This document shows, one piece after another, positions 54,065 through 63,654 of a stretch of DNA of 64,000 bases; the stretch's first letter is position 1; every line of letters begins with the position of its first letter. Origin of the DNA: a virus; the IMG/VR virus record IMGVR_UViG_3300032322_001107, positions 8,850 through 72,849 of that record; one strand, written 5' to 3'. The notes under the pieces were generated by a model. The model made no database searches and was not told the DNA's origin. It saw nothing but the letters and a program-made list of their open reading frames with translations. The position numbers and the translations under genes were made by a program.

Positions 54065-56341
54065 ATGGCAACAGGCAACGCAGAACTGGAAAATCTACCA
54101 GAGAGTGGTAGTCCACCGAAAAAACGCATCAAATCATCTGATAACCTTGTGGCAATCGCTAACAAGTATATCGAACAAGATGAGGATGCGGCGTATCTTA
54201 GGGCGCGGGCGCAAGCCCTAGTCAATGGCGAAGCCCCCTACGATGCCGAAGAATTGAAGAGCAAAGGACTAACCCATGTGGTCAATGCCAACTTCGGGGA
54301 GGCCAATGCCATCATGGAAGCAGCCTTGGCCCCGTATATTGAACTCCAAAATGGGGTTCCCCGCATCGCCAACGTCATCATGGAATCTTATCAGGGGGAC
54401 TCCAATGAAGACTCCGAAATCATCTCTGAGGAGTTTGATTGGATGCTTAAGGAGTGGAGTGATCATGCCTACAATATGCAACTCCTTTCCCGCGAGTTTG
54501 TGGGTGACGGGGTCGGGGTGGCTATGTGGCCCGATGAAAGGTCAATCTTCTGGGAGCCTTGCGGACTTAAAGATTTCAAAGTAGCCCGTGACACCAAAGT
54601 ATCAGATGAGTCCATTGAAGTTGCTATCGTCCAACGCTCCATGAGCGTGAGTGAACTTTACCGCTATATCCGCAATCCCAAAGCCGCGAAAGAACTTGGC
54701 TGGAATCTCAACGCAGTTAAGCAGGCAATTTGGAAGGCTTCGACCAAGCGCGACCAGTGGAAGAACTATACCGCTCACTGGGAAGACTTTGAGCGCGAAA
54801 TCAAGGAGAATGACCTCTACGCTGGGGAATCGGCCTACCACCGCGCCCAACTAATCTACGGCTACAACCGCGAATTCGATGGTAAGTTTACACAGCTTAT
54901 CGGATCTCGCGATTCTTCGGATTTCCTCTACGAGCGTTATAGCCGCTATGGAAATGTGAACCAATGCTTCGTCATCTTTACCTACGGAGTCGGACAGGGA
55001 ACCTTCCATACGATTCGCGGACTCAAGCAGAAGATCTACAACCAAATCCAGATTTCCAATAGGGTTCTTTGCCAGTCAGCCCAAGCCGCCATCACTTCTG
55101 GACTTATTCAGTTGCAGGGGGACGCCGAAGCCATCCAAGACTTTCAATATATTGAGGTCGGGCCTTATACGTTCATCCCTAGCGGGCTGACCCCGATCCA
55201 ACTTCAACCGCCATCCATTGCTACTCAGGGTCTTCCTGTCTACAATCTTATGAGCCAAGTGTTGCAGAACAACACGGGTAGCTATCGTTCGCGTCAGGCC
55301 ACTCCAGACGGCCAAGCCCGTTCTGCCACGGAAGTTGTCCAGCAAGCCCGCCAAGAGTCCACGCTCAACGCCGCTGCATTGGAGCTTTTCTACACTCCGT
55401 ATAACAAGCTTCTGACCGAACAATACCGCAGGGCGGTCAATCCTCTTCTAACTGCTAATGATAAGGGTGGACAACTCGCCCTTGAATTCCGCCGCCGCTG
55501 TGCGCGTCGAGGAGTTTCTATTGAGCGTATGCGCCAGTTTCTCAAGGTCACGGCCTTCCGCGCCATGGGTGACGGAAGCCCCGTAATGACCGAAATGGCA
55601 AGCAAGCAACTCATGGAGCTTTATTCCTTGATGGACGAGAAGGGCAAAGAAAACACCTTGCGTTCCGTTATTGCTGGTATCTCTGGAGTGGGTTGGCAGA
55701 AAGTTAATCTTTTTGTATCTGATAAAGGCCCGCGCCGTGTGGTTGATTTTGACATCGCCAACCTTGAGAATGGCAACCTCCGTCAGGGTATTCCTCAGAT
55801 GGTTCACGATAGCCAGAATCATGCTGTGCATATTGAGGCCCACATCCCGATGATTGCCGAGATCATTGAGGCCCACAGGCAGCAGCAGATGGCCGATGAG
55901 CAAGCAATGCAAATCTTGCGCCCCGCCGCAGACCATGTGACCGAACACCTCGTCTTCTTCTCAAATAATAGCTATCGGGCGCAGGAAGTCCGCGAACTCA
56001 AACGCCAACTCCAAAACCTCACGGCTTATATCGATGAGCTTGAACAGCAGGTGATCAATCGCATGATGGCCCAACAAAGCCAAGCCCAAGAACAGGCTAT
56101 GCAGGCTGGGCAACAACCGCAGGGACAGATTGATCCCAAGATGGAAATGGAAATGCAAAAAGCGCAACTCAAGTTGGCAGAAATGCAGGAAAAACGCATG
56201 ATGAACCAAGAAACTCATCAGCAGAAAATGGAAACTATTCGTCAGCAGATGGCTCTTAATGATCTTAAAACGCGCAGTTCTATTCTTGAGAAAACAGCCA
56301 GACCCGCAGGCCGTCCGCCGATGGCTGCACAAACAGCTTAA
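54065..56341 (+). CDS. Portal protein
   Basis: 758 aa. RSATEV motif of P22/T7-like portals, H..HI..H motif, Gln-rich barrel tail; lies upstream of scaffold and capsid. Confidence 0.8.
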   Translation: MATGNAELENLPESGSPPKKRIKSSDNLVAIANKYIEQDEDAAYLRARAQALVNGEAPYDAEELKSKGLTHVVNANFGEANAIMEAALAPYIELQNGVPRIANVIMESYQGDSNEDSEIISEEFDWMLKEWSDHAYNMQLLSREFVGDGVGVAMWPDERSIFWEPCGLKDFKVARDTKVSDESIEVAIVQRSMSVSELYRYIRNPKAAKELGWNLNAVKQAIWKASTKRDQWKNYTAHWEDFEREIKENDLYAGESAYHRAQLIYGYNREFDGKFTQLIGSRDSSDFLYERYSRYGNVNQCFVIFTYGVGQGTFHTIRGLKQKIYNQIQISNRVLCQSAQAAITSGLIQLQGDAEAIQDFQYIEVGPYTFIPSGLTPIQLQPPSIATQGLPVYNLMSQVLQNNTGSYRSRQATPDGQARSATEVVQQARQESTLNAAALELFYTPYNKLLTEQYRRAVNPLLTANDKGGQLALEFRRRCARRGVSIERMRQFLKVTAFRAMGDGSPVMTEMASKQLMELYSLMDEKGKENTLRSVIAGISGVGWQKVNLFVSDKGPRRVVDFDIANLENGNLRQGIPQMVHDSQNHAVHIEAHIPMIAEIIEAHRQQQMADEQAMQILRPAADHVTEHLVFFSNNSYRAQEVRELKRQLQNLTAYIDELEQQVINRMMAQQSQAQEQAMQAGQQPQGQIDPKMEMEMQKAQLKLAEMQEKRMMNQETHQQKMETIRQQMALNDLKTRSSILEKTARPAGRPPMAAQTA

Positions 56342-56398
56342 TTTTTAAGATATTTATACTAGACAAAGTTAGAATCTGCGTATAGTTAGACTTTATTA

Positions 56399-56686
56399 AT
56401 GGATTGGACAGATCAGGATTCGCGTGAGTGGAGCAAAACTTGGGCTATGCCCCATATGCAAAAGGGGCTTAAGTTTATCTCCAAACGGGTTCGTCCGAAG
56501 CGGAGCAGTAGTCCTGTGGCGCAAGGTTTTGATCTGTCGCCAGTGTTCATTAAGAGCGCGGGTTTTTATGAGGGCAGTCAAGAGGTTATGGATCTCATTG
56601 ATACCTTGGGTCAAGGACAGGTAAATAAACCTAAATTTGACTTGCCAGAACCCTTCTCTCATATAACTTCAGAAGAAACCAACTAA
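56399..56686 (+). CDS. Hypothetical head-module protein
   Basis: Between portal and scaffold; preceded by TAGACA-17-TAGTTA. Confidence 0.6.
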   Translation: MDWTDQDSREWSKTWAMPHMQKGLKFISKRVRPKRSSSPVAQGFDLSPVFIKSAGFYEGSQEVMDLIDTLGQGQVNKPKFDLPEPFSHITSEETN

Positions 56687-56704
56687 CATAACTAATATAC
56701 TATT

Positions 56705-58024
56705 ATGGCCGATATCCTCAATTCAGCCCTCACGGGTGACGCAGACTTTGCTGGCACAATCTTTGGTGGCAAAAATCAAGAATCTGTAGAACCTAATCCG
56801 AGTGAGACGCCCGCCCCCGAAACCCAGCAAGAAGAGCCCAAGCCCGCCGCCGAAACCCCGAAAGAGGAAGCTCCCAAGGCGGAGAAAAAAGCTCCCGTTA
56901 AAGCGGAGCCCAAGGCCAAGGCAACCAAGGAAGAGGTAGAGAAGAAGGTTGCAGATATTACCAAGGAAGTGTCTTCGGAGAAGACTACAGAGAAATCAAA
57001 TGAAAATACTTCGGATGATGATCTCCCGCTTAACCCCCACTTCTCCGACAAGCCCGTCTCTGATAAACCCGAAGGGGATGATTCTGAGAAAGGTGTCTCA
57101 AGCTGGAAAGAGATCAAAAGCGAAATGAAAAAGGCCCGCGAGGAGCGGGATCGCCTGAAGGCCGAATTGGACGCCACCAAAGAGAAGGTGGGCAAATATG
57201 AGGGTGAAACAGTCAAAACCCTTCAGGAAGAGCTTGAGGGCTACAAAACCCGCCTTGCCGAACTAGGACGCGAGCTAAAGGCCGCAAGCGTCGAGCGAAC
57301 CCCAGAGTATATCGAAAGGGTTTCAACGCCCCTAAGTGGTCTTCAGGGCGATTTAAAAGCCATTGCAGAAGCCAATGACGCCGATTATTCAAAGCTGTGG
57401 CAAGCCATCGCAGAGCCAGATGCCCGCAAACGAATCGACTCCTTAGAAGACCTTACCTCCGATTTTAAGCGCATGGAACAGTTATCCATCGTCAAGATGG
57501 CTGATAAATACCATGAACTGGCACAAATTCATGACAGGCTTAAAAAAGAATCTGATTCTATTTCTGAGGCCGAAAACGCCCGCAAGGCCCAGTCTGAGCA
57601 GGAGTTTATTGAGAACGATCAAAGGCTCCAGAAGGCGTTCACGGCCAAGACTTGGACAAATCTGGAAGACCGCTATAATTTCCTTCAAGAAATTGATGGA
57701 CAGGATGAATGGAATGGAAGCATCCGCAGCGCCAAGAAAAACGCCGCAGAGACCAATCTGGATCGCTTGAGCGTCGAAGACCGAAGTGCCATCCTAGCGC
57801 GGGCTGCTGTTGTCCCCTTCCTTGAAAGCGCCATCAACCACTATTCTTCCCAATTGCAGAAGGTTAGCGAGACAAAGGATGCCGAAATCAAAGAACTCAA
57901 AACCCAACTGGAAGGATTGGTTGGAGCTACTCCGAGTCTTGGTAAGGCGACCGAAACGGATGCCAGCGAAGAAGACGAAGATGTGGATAGCTTGATGAAT
58001 TTCGGAAAATCTATATTCCGTTAA
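56705..58024 (+). CDS. Capsid scaffolding protein
   Basis: Acidic disordered N-terminus plus long coiled coil, directly before the capsid gene. Confidence 0.7.
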   Translation: MADILNSALTGDADFAGTIFGGKNQESVEPNPSETPAPETQQEEPKPAAETPKEEAPKAEKKAPVKAEPKAKATKEEVEKKVADITKEVSSEKTTEKSNENTSDDDLPLNPHFSDKPVSDKPEGDDSEKGVSSWKEIKSEMKKAREERDRLKAELDATKEKVGKYEGETVKTLQEELEGYKTRLAELGRELKAASVERTPEYIERVSTPLSGLQGDLKAIAEANDADYSKLWQAIAEPDARKRIDSLEDLTSDFKRMEQLSIVKMADKYHELAQIHDRLKKESDSISEAENARKAQSEQEFIENDQRLQKAFTAKTWTNLEDRYNFLQEIDGQDEWNGSIRSAKKNAAETNLDRLSVEDRSAILARAAVVPFLESAINHYSSQLQKVSETKDAEIKELKTQLEGLVGATPSLGKATETDASEEDEDVDSLMNFGKSIFR

Positions 58025-58034
58025 AATTCTGCTA

Positions 58035-58063
58035 TTGACAATTTGGCGTAAATGTAATAGTTT
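58035..58063 (+). promoter_or_regulatory. Promoter for the major capsid gene
   Basis: TTGACA-17-TAGTTT, followed by a leader of about 170 nt. Confidence 0.65.
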
Positions 58064-58234
58064 GCGCTCAAGACTTAAGTCTGAGTTGGTCGCAGACGCC
58101 TCGCTGGCTGGTTAGCCTTCAAAATTTGTAGCCGTAAATCTCTGGTCGCGGCCCAGAAAATCAACCGATAGACGGGCATCCTATGCCTATCAATCAAACC
58201 TAACCCTTAAACTAAATAGAAAAAATATACTAAT

Positions 58235-59461
58235 ATGTCAGCACAAACTGCTACTACTTGTGAAGCTATTAGCGACCAGTTTCAACGCGAGACTGGACGT
58301 ATCGCTCTTGGCACACATCGCTTGGGTCTTTACAAAGATCCCTATATGCGTTTTGTAACGCAATCCGCTTTCCCCGACAATATGGGAGCGGTTATCACCA
58401 ACACCATCGCCCAGCGCACTGTTGCCGTTGGCAGCGGATGGGAAGATGTCGGCGTCACTGGCGTTGATGGCGAAGCCAACTCCTGCTTGGCCCCCGTCAA
58501 AACCGTTGGCTATGCCTTCGATCAGAAAACCTTCAAACTCCGCCATCAGGCGATTGAGTCGAACTGGATCTGCTTGGAAGACGTTCGTACTTCGGCGTTC
58601 CCGATTGACGATGTCAACAACTACATCAAGATCCTTGCCGACAACGTCAATAAAGAGTGGGTTGAGCGTTATGACAACGACTACTACGCAGCCGTGACGA
58701 AAGTCTCTGTGGAACCTGGCCTTGCCGAGTCCACGGGATCGACTTTTGGTTCGCTGCCGAACCCGACCTCCGTCCTCACGGTTGGCGTCCTTCGCGAACT
58801 CTATGATCGTCTCTACCAGAACAACGCTGGTGATGACGGTGATGCGGTGACCGATGACGGCTCGCCTGTGTTCAACGTGTTTGCCGAACGCGCCACGATT
58901 GAGAACCTGATCAAACTCAACGAAGATGTCCGTCAGGATATCCGCTGGAGTGATCGCGTTAACGATCTGCTTGGTGCTAATGGCTCCTCGCTCCTGCCCC
59001 GTAAGGCTTACGGTGGATTTGTGTTCCATAGCCGCCCGTTCCCGAAGCGTTTCAACGACAACGGATCTGGTGGTTATACCGAAGTTGCTCCTTACGTCTC
59101 CACGACTGGCGCGACCAAGGGCACGAAGTTCATCATCAACCCCGCCTACAAGGCTGCGAAATACACCTCCACGGTTGTTTTCCATCCGAAGGCCGTTGAG
59201 TGGCTGGTTCCGAATCCTAACCTGAAAGTTGGAAAACTCGTTTACGATGCCCAAAACTATCGTGGCGATTTCCGCTGGATCAACGAGTTCGACCGCAATT
59301 GTAACCCTGACAAAAACAGCGGTTACTGGCGGGCGAAGATGGCGTGTGCCGCGAAACAGGTGTTCCCTGAATTCGGCTATTACCTGATTCATCTCCGTTG
59401 TAACCTCGCTAATGACTTGGTTGCATGCTCTTCGGGCAGTGGGTACGGGTACCTTAGTTGA
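58235..59461 (+). CDS. Major capsid protein
   Basis: 408 aa, strong codon bias, own promoter and downstream hairpin, position after the scaffold. Confidence 0.8.
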   Translation: MSAQTATTCEAISDQFQRETGRIALGTHRLGLYKDPYMRFVTQSAFPDNMGAVITNTIAQRTVAVGSGWEDVGVTGVDGEANSCLAPVKTVGYAFDQKTFKLRHQAIESNWICLEDVRTSAFPIDDVNNYIKILADNVNKEWVERYDNDYYAAVTKVSVEPGLAESTGSTFGSLPNPTSVLTVGVLRELYDRLYQNNAGDDGDAVTDDGSPVFNVFAERATIENLIKLNEDVRQDIRWSDRVNDLLGANGSSLLPRKAYGGFVFHSRPFPKRFNDNGSGGYTEVAPYVSTTGATKGTKFIINPAYKAAKYTSTVVFHPKAVEWLVPNPNLKVGKLVYDAQNYRGDFRWINEFDRNCNPDKNSGYWRAKMACAAKQVFPEFGYYLIHLRCNLANDLVACSSGSGYGYLS

Positions 59462-59482
59462 CCAATTCGGGTTAAATAAAGA

Positions 59483-59520
59483 TTGACTCACTAGAGGGGG
59501 TGGCGTAAGCTGCCCCCTCT
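59483..59520 (+). terminator. Capsid-gene terminator hairpin overlapping a promoter for the HNH gene
   Basis: 12-bp stem with GTAA loop (59493-59520) overlapping TTGACT-17-TAAGCT. Confidence 0.65.
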
Positions 59521-59522
59521 TT

Positions 59523-60248
59523 ATGTTTAAATATATTCAATTAACCAAAGGACTATGGGCATTGGTTAACGATGCCGACTACGAGAAATTCAATCAATTT
59601 AATTGGTGTGCCCACCCTAATGGACATGGCAAAAAATTTTATGCCGTCCGAAGGTCAAAAACAGATGGAAAATCTAGGGAGATTTACTTGCACCGAGAAA
59701 TAATGGAAGCCCCACACGGAATGTTTGTTGACCATATTAACGGCGATACGCTTGATTGCCGCAGGGAAAATATGCGTTTAGTAACCATGTCCCAAAACGC
59801 AATGAACAGGAGGCTAAGAAGTGATAATAAACTTGGCGCTGTTGGCGTTTCTCAGCTTAAAGACGGAAGATATTTTGCTTACATTTCAATTAACGGAAAG
59901 CGCACAAAGCTTGGGAAGTTCGCCACACTTGAAGAGGCAAAAGCCGCCAGAGAGGCGGCAGAGGCCCAACACTATGGCGAATATGCCAGATCTAAGGATC
60001 TTCTGGTTGAGCAACTTCCAGAGGCCAAGCCCGAAGATAAACCATTCCAGCTTTACAGGAAAAGGGTCAATAATAAGAGTGGAAAAACTGGAGTATCATA
60101 TTTTCGTCCCATGAAGGCATGGAGAGCGAGAATTGTGTTGCAATACAAAGAAAAGACGCTAGGATACTTCAAGACATACGAGGAGGCTTGTGCGGCCCGC
60201 GAAAATGCAGAACGCCAATACTTTCCGCAATACTTTAAACAAAACTAA
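59523..60248 (+). CDS. HNH homing endonuclease with two AP2 domains
   Basis: IQLTKG..ALV, VDHINGDTLDCRRENMR, and two AP2 repeats. Confidence 0.9.
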   Translation: MFKYIQLTKGLWALVNDADYEKFNQFNWCAHPNGHGKKFYAVRRSKTDGKSREIYLHREIMEAPHGMFVDHINGDTLDCRRENMRLVTMSQNAMNRRLRSDNKLGAVGVSQLKDGRYFAYISINGKRTKLGKFATLEEAKAAREAAEAQHYGEYARSKDLLVEQLPEAKPEDKPFQLYRKRVNNKSGKTGVSYFRPMKAWRARIVLQYKEKTLGYFKTYEEACAARENAERQYFPQYFKQN

Positions 60249-60252
60249 TATT

Positions 60253-60498
60253 ATGAAGATTCCGATCCCAGAAAATTACACGCTCCCCGCCGAAACAGAG
60301 GATGGGCAATCCTTTGAAGAACTCGTTACCTTCCGTGTTGAAGGCGACTCGCTTGTTCCGACCATGATTGCTGGCGTCGAGATTGCGGCTGAAGAGGCCG
60401 AAGACGAAGACGAGATGGAGGACGAGGCTGCTGACGAAATGGAAGCGGGCGTGTCCCCAATGGCTGGCATGGGTGAGCGTATCATGGGCATGGCTTAA
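60253..60498 (+). CDS. Small acidic protein
   Basis: ATG at 60253; Glu/Asp-rich. Confidence 0.6.
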   Translation: MKIPIPENYTLPAETEDGQSFEELVTFRVEGDSLVPTMIAGVEIAAEEAEDEDEMEDEAADEMEAGVSPMAGMGERIMGMA

Positions 60499-60519
60499 GC
60501 TGGTAGGGTTCCATAGACT

Positions 60520-61470
60520 ATGGCCCTTCCAACTTTAAATGCTACCTTCGCTTCGGCGGCGGATCTGCCCCGAAGGATGATGCTTGCCAAGTGGCTTGTT
60601 GAAGAACTTGGAGAAACACAGGCTCCTTCTTCTGTTTTGGTTTCGGGGGCTGGCACTACCACATCTAATGGTATCTATACATTTTATGGCCAAGGAAACG
60701 GGAAAAATGAATACATTTATGGGGAAAATTCCATTTATTGGCAGGATATTAATTGGTCTTTATATGATGATTCTTTAGGCCAGATTTCATATGTGCTTCA
60801 AGAAGACGTTCAATTTCCTTGGCTTGGATCTTGGACTGATGATAATGGAATCGCACCATTTCCAACTGTCACCGAGATCCCCGCAGTAAATCCTATAGCC
60901 AACTACGTCAGCCTCCCAGAACGCTATCTCTGGGCCAAGATTGCCGTAGCCGCAGGAGGCCCCAAGACCGAAGCAGACTACATCTCTCTTCCTAAACAAT
61001 ATGTATGGAAGGCTATCTATGATGCTGTTTCGGGGTCGAGCGCGGGCACTACGGACTGGAGTGAGAAACAAGCTTTGGGGCATATTGCCGCCGCCTATCG
61101 CGGAGATACGGCCAATCCCGCAAACCTAGCCACCTATATCAACTGGCCTTGGCGCTATCAAGTAGCCTCCATCATTACCAGCCTAGCCACACCAACAACC
61201 TTTAACGCCGTCATTGTTTCGGGGGCTGGGTCGAGCGGGGTTAATGGAATTTATCAATTTACAGGAAATGTATTCAATGGAAAGAATAGTTATGCTGATG
61301 ATCAAGGAAACACAATTGCTTGGTATTCTTTTTGGAATATTTATTCCGCAGAAATAGGGGACGATGCTTATCTATCTTATTCAGATACAGAATTTCCATG
61401 GCAAGCCACTGGATGGGAAATTATTAATGGATCAAATCCAGTTCCGACTTTAACCCCAACCAACGTGTAG
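60520..61470 (+). CDS. Putative capsid decoration protein with a duplicated GAG-x-NGxY domain
   Basis: Two similar ~80-aa domains, VSGAG..NGIY...NGKN.Y...FPW...P.PT. Confidence 0.55.
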   Translation: MALPTLNATFASAADLPRRMMLAKWLVEELGETQAPSSVLVSGAGTTTSNGIYTFYGQGNGKNEYIYGENSIYWQDINWSLYDDSLGQISYVLQEDVQFPWLGSWTDDNGIAPFPTVTEIPAVNPIANYVSLPERYLWAKIAVAAGGPKTEADYISLPKQYVWKAIYDAVSGSSAGTTDWSEKQALGHIAAAYRGDTANPANLATYINWPWRYQVASIITSLATPTTFNAVIVSGAGSSGVNGIYQFTGNVFNGKNSYADDQGNTIAWYSFWNIYSAEIGDDAYLSYSDTEFPWQATGWEIINGSNPVPTLTPTNV

Positions 61471-61474
61471 CACT

Positions 61475-61759
61475 ATGAGCGTAGAAGAAATACCAAGACG
61501 TAGGGGGATGGAGCGAGGAGTGAAGCTTACGATGAGCGAGTTGATTGCGGGCATTGCTCTGATGGTCACTTTGTTTTCGGCCCTCAATGGATGGGTAGTT
61601 CTCCCAGAACAAATGCGGTCTATCCAAGCCAATGATGCTAAGCAGGATGCGCGGATTGAGATGATTAATAAGGAAAACCAAGAGAGATCTGAGACCTTGG
61701 CCCGAATTGACGAGCGCACAAAAAGAATCGAAGATTACTTGAAATCCAAGGGATTCTAG
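61475..61759 (+). CDS. Membrane/coiled-coil protein (holin-associated)
   Basis: One TM helix plus a LARIDERT coiled coil. Confidence 0.6.
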   Translation: MSVEEIPRRRGMERGVKLTMSELIAGIALMVTLFSALNGWVVLPEQMRSIQANDAKQDARIEMINKENQERSETLARIDERTKRIEDYLKSKGF

Positions 61760-61774
61760 TCTAGCTTTAAGCCT

Positions 61775-62059
61775 ATGAAATCATTCTTTGCCAAAATCTG
61801 GGGGATTACCTCAAATGTCTTCAACTTCTTCCTTCCTGTGCTTCGGGAAATTGCCTCCTCTTCGGTAGCAGTCCTTCTCCCAATTGCCTTGGAGATTGTC
61901 CAGTCGCTGGCCTCTACCGACAAGACGGGAGCCGAAAAACGCGAAACCGCAGTCAAAAAACTCACTGCTGCTGCTAAAAAGCAGGGCGTCAGTGCCTCTG
62001 AATCTCTGATTCGTTTTACTGTTGAATCGGCGGTTCAACGCTACAAGCTGGAGCAATAA
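61775..62059 (+). CDS. Putative holin (LL-H-like)
   Basis: TGAEKRETAV...IRFTVESAV pattern. Confidence 0.6.
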   Translation: MKSFFAKIWGITSNVFNFFLPVLREIASSSVAVLLPIALEIVQSLASTDKTGAEKRETAVKKLTAAAKKQGVSASESLIRFTVESAVQRYKLEQ

Positions 62060-62063
62060 CCAA

Positions 62064-62396
62064 ATGAAAGATAAAATCCTCGCATTTCTAGTTAGCAAGC
62101 TGGGCGGAGTTATCACCCCCCTCATTGCCATGGTGGTTGCCGCTATTGTCTCTCGCCTTGCTATGGTTGATCCCAAGTTGGCGGAGTCCGTTGATCAGGT
62201 CAGCCTTACTGGCTTCATTGTGGCTCTGCTTATTTCTATCGTTAACTACGTTACAAACGAAGTGAACGTCAGGGGCGTCAAGAAGATCCAAGCCTTGGTT
62301 CATACTGACGAGGATGGGGTGGCTGGGCCGATTACCTACACAGAGGTTCGTCGGGCTATCGCCATCAAAAAGCCTGTTCGCCGCAAGAAGAAATGA
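62064..62396 (+). CDS. Membrane protein with peptidoglycan-binding motif
   Basis: Two TM helices and the PG-binding signature IQ..V...DGVAGP.T. Confidence 0.65.
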   Translation: MKDKILAFLVSKLGGVITPLIAMVVAAIVSRLAMVDPKLAESVDQVSLTGFIVALLISIVNYVTNEVNVRGVKKIQALVHTDEDGVAGPITYTEVRRAIAIKKPVRRKKK

Positions 62397-62569
62397 GATT
62401 ATCCCATGAAACCCTCAAAGCAATACTCGTCCCAAGTCCCCCTAAAGAAGATCGCAGAAGTTTCCTTGTCCGTCTATTCAGTTCCCTCAAAGTTGGCATC
62501 CAAATCAAGCGGGGCCATGATGGAAAAATTACCAAGTCCTACCGAATCGGAGGTAGAGCGGATTTCTAG
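62393..62569 (+). CDS. Small hypothetical protein in the lysis module
   Basis: ATGA-coupled 58-aa ORF ending GGRADF. Confidence 0.5.
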   Translation: MRLSHETLKAILVPSPPKEDRRSFLVRLFSSLKVGIQIKRGHDGKITKSYRIGGRADF

Positions 62570-62623
62570 GAATTGGGATATTGGGCGGCGTAAGTGTTGC
62601 TGGTAACCTGATGGGGTCTACCC

Positions 62624-63217
62624 ATGTGGAAATCAATCCTGAAACTACTTGGGCTAGAGTCAAAAAGTGGCCCAGTGCCGTCCTTGCCGAATTCGCCATC
62701 CGCATCCAAGCCGAACTCCATGACAGAGCCGAATCCCGAAAAGAAAGCCTATCGGGAGACCAAGGTAACAACCCCGAACAAAAGCCGAAAGCCCATAAAG
62801 CCACAGGCCATCGTTCTCCACCACAGCGGGGGAACTTACGCAGGGGGAGTAAGCTGGATCAAAAACCCCGCAAGTAAGGTCTCCTACCATTGTTTAATTG
62901 CGCGAGATGGTCGCAGGACGGTCTTTGGTAACGACACAGATCGGATGTGGCATGCAGGGGTCAGCAGCTACAAAGGGAAGAAAGACGCCAATAGCTGGTC
63001 AATCGGGGTGAGCTTTGAGGGGGACAGCTACAAGGAACCTTTAAGTGATGACATGATTGAGAGTGCTATTGAGTACATCAAGCCAAGGATGGAAAAGTGG
63101 GGAATAGGACTAGACATGGTGTTGGATCATCGTATCATTTCCTCACCAAGGAAGAACGACCTCAATCCCGAAGAATACCGAAAATTTATCACCCGTCTTA
63201 AAAAAGCAGTAAAATGA
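62624..63217 (+). CDS. Endolysin, N-acetylmuramoyl-L-alanine amidase (Amidase_2)
   Basis: IVLHHS, VSYH, WHAG.S, N..SIGVSFEG, H...RK.D. Confidence 0.9.
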   Translation: MWKSILKLLGLESKSGPVPSLPNSPSASKPNSMTEPNPEKKAYRETKVTTPNKSRKPIKPQAIVLHHSGGTYAGGVSWIKNPASKVSYHCLIARDGRRTVFGNDTDRMWHAGVSSYKGKKDANSWSIGVSFEGDSYKEPLSDDMIESAIEYIKPRMEKWGIGLDMVLDHRIISSPRKNDLNPEEYRKFITRLKKAVK

Positions 63218-63366
63218 GCAAGCCGTTGAAGCCCAAGAAGAAAAGCTACCCAAAAAAGCCCGAAGTCAGATCCTGCTACTATTGCGGGTCAGAAAAGATT
63301 GAACGCCTGTCAGTGGGTAATGTCAATATCCTCCGATGCAAGAATTGCGGAGAAACCCAAGACTAG
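63214..63366 (+). CDS. Zinc-ribbon protein
   Basis: CYYCGS...CKNCG, 50 aa. Confidence 0.55.
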   Translation: MSKPLKPKKKSYPKKPEVRSCYYCGSEKIERLSVGNVNILRCKNCGETQD

Positions 63367-63370
63367 ACCC

Positions 63371-63634
63371 ATGGCCTCTCACGACAAGAGACTCCAGAAC
63401 GTATTGGACAAACTATGTCGCGATTTGGTTGAATATTTTGATTCGGGCTTTGTCGTTGCCACTTTTCAGGATGGCCCCGAAACCAAAAACGCTTTCCTCA
63501 AATTCGGAAATGATTACGCCATCGAAGGCATTGTATCCAATATCCATGACATCCTCTACGGGCAAGAAGAGGACGAGGACGGGGATGACGATTTAGATGA
63601 CGGGGATCTGAAGAAGATCATCAAAGACTCTTAA
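63371..63634 (+). CDS. Hypothetical acidic protein
   Basis: L.EYFDS...GN.YA..G pattern. Confidence 0.6.
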   Translation: MASHDKRLQNVLDKLCRDLVEYFDSGFVVATFQDGPETKNAFLKFGNDYAIEGIVSNIHDILYGQEEDEDGDDDLDDGDLKKIIKDS

Positions 63635-63654
63635 CAACCACACAAACACAACAC

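Noticed and set aside
58238-59491. 417-aa antisense ORF over the capsid gene
   Set aside because: It mirrors a strongly codon-biased gene almost exactly and has no recognisable motifs; a shadow ORF.
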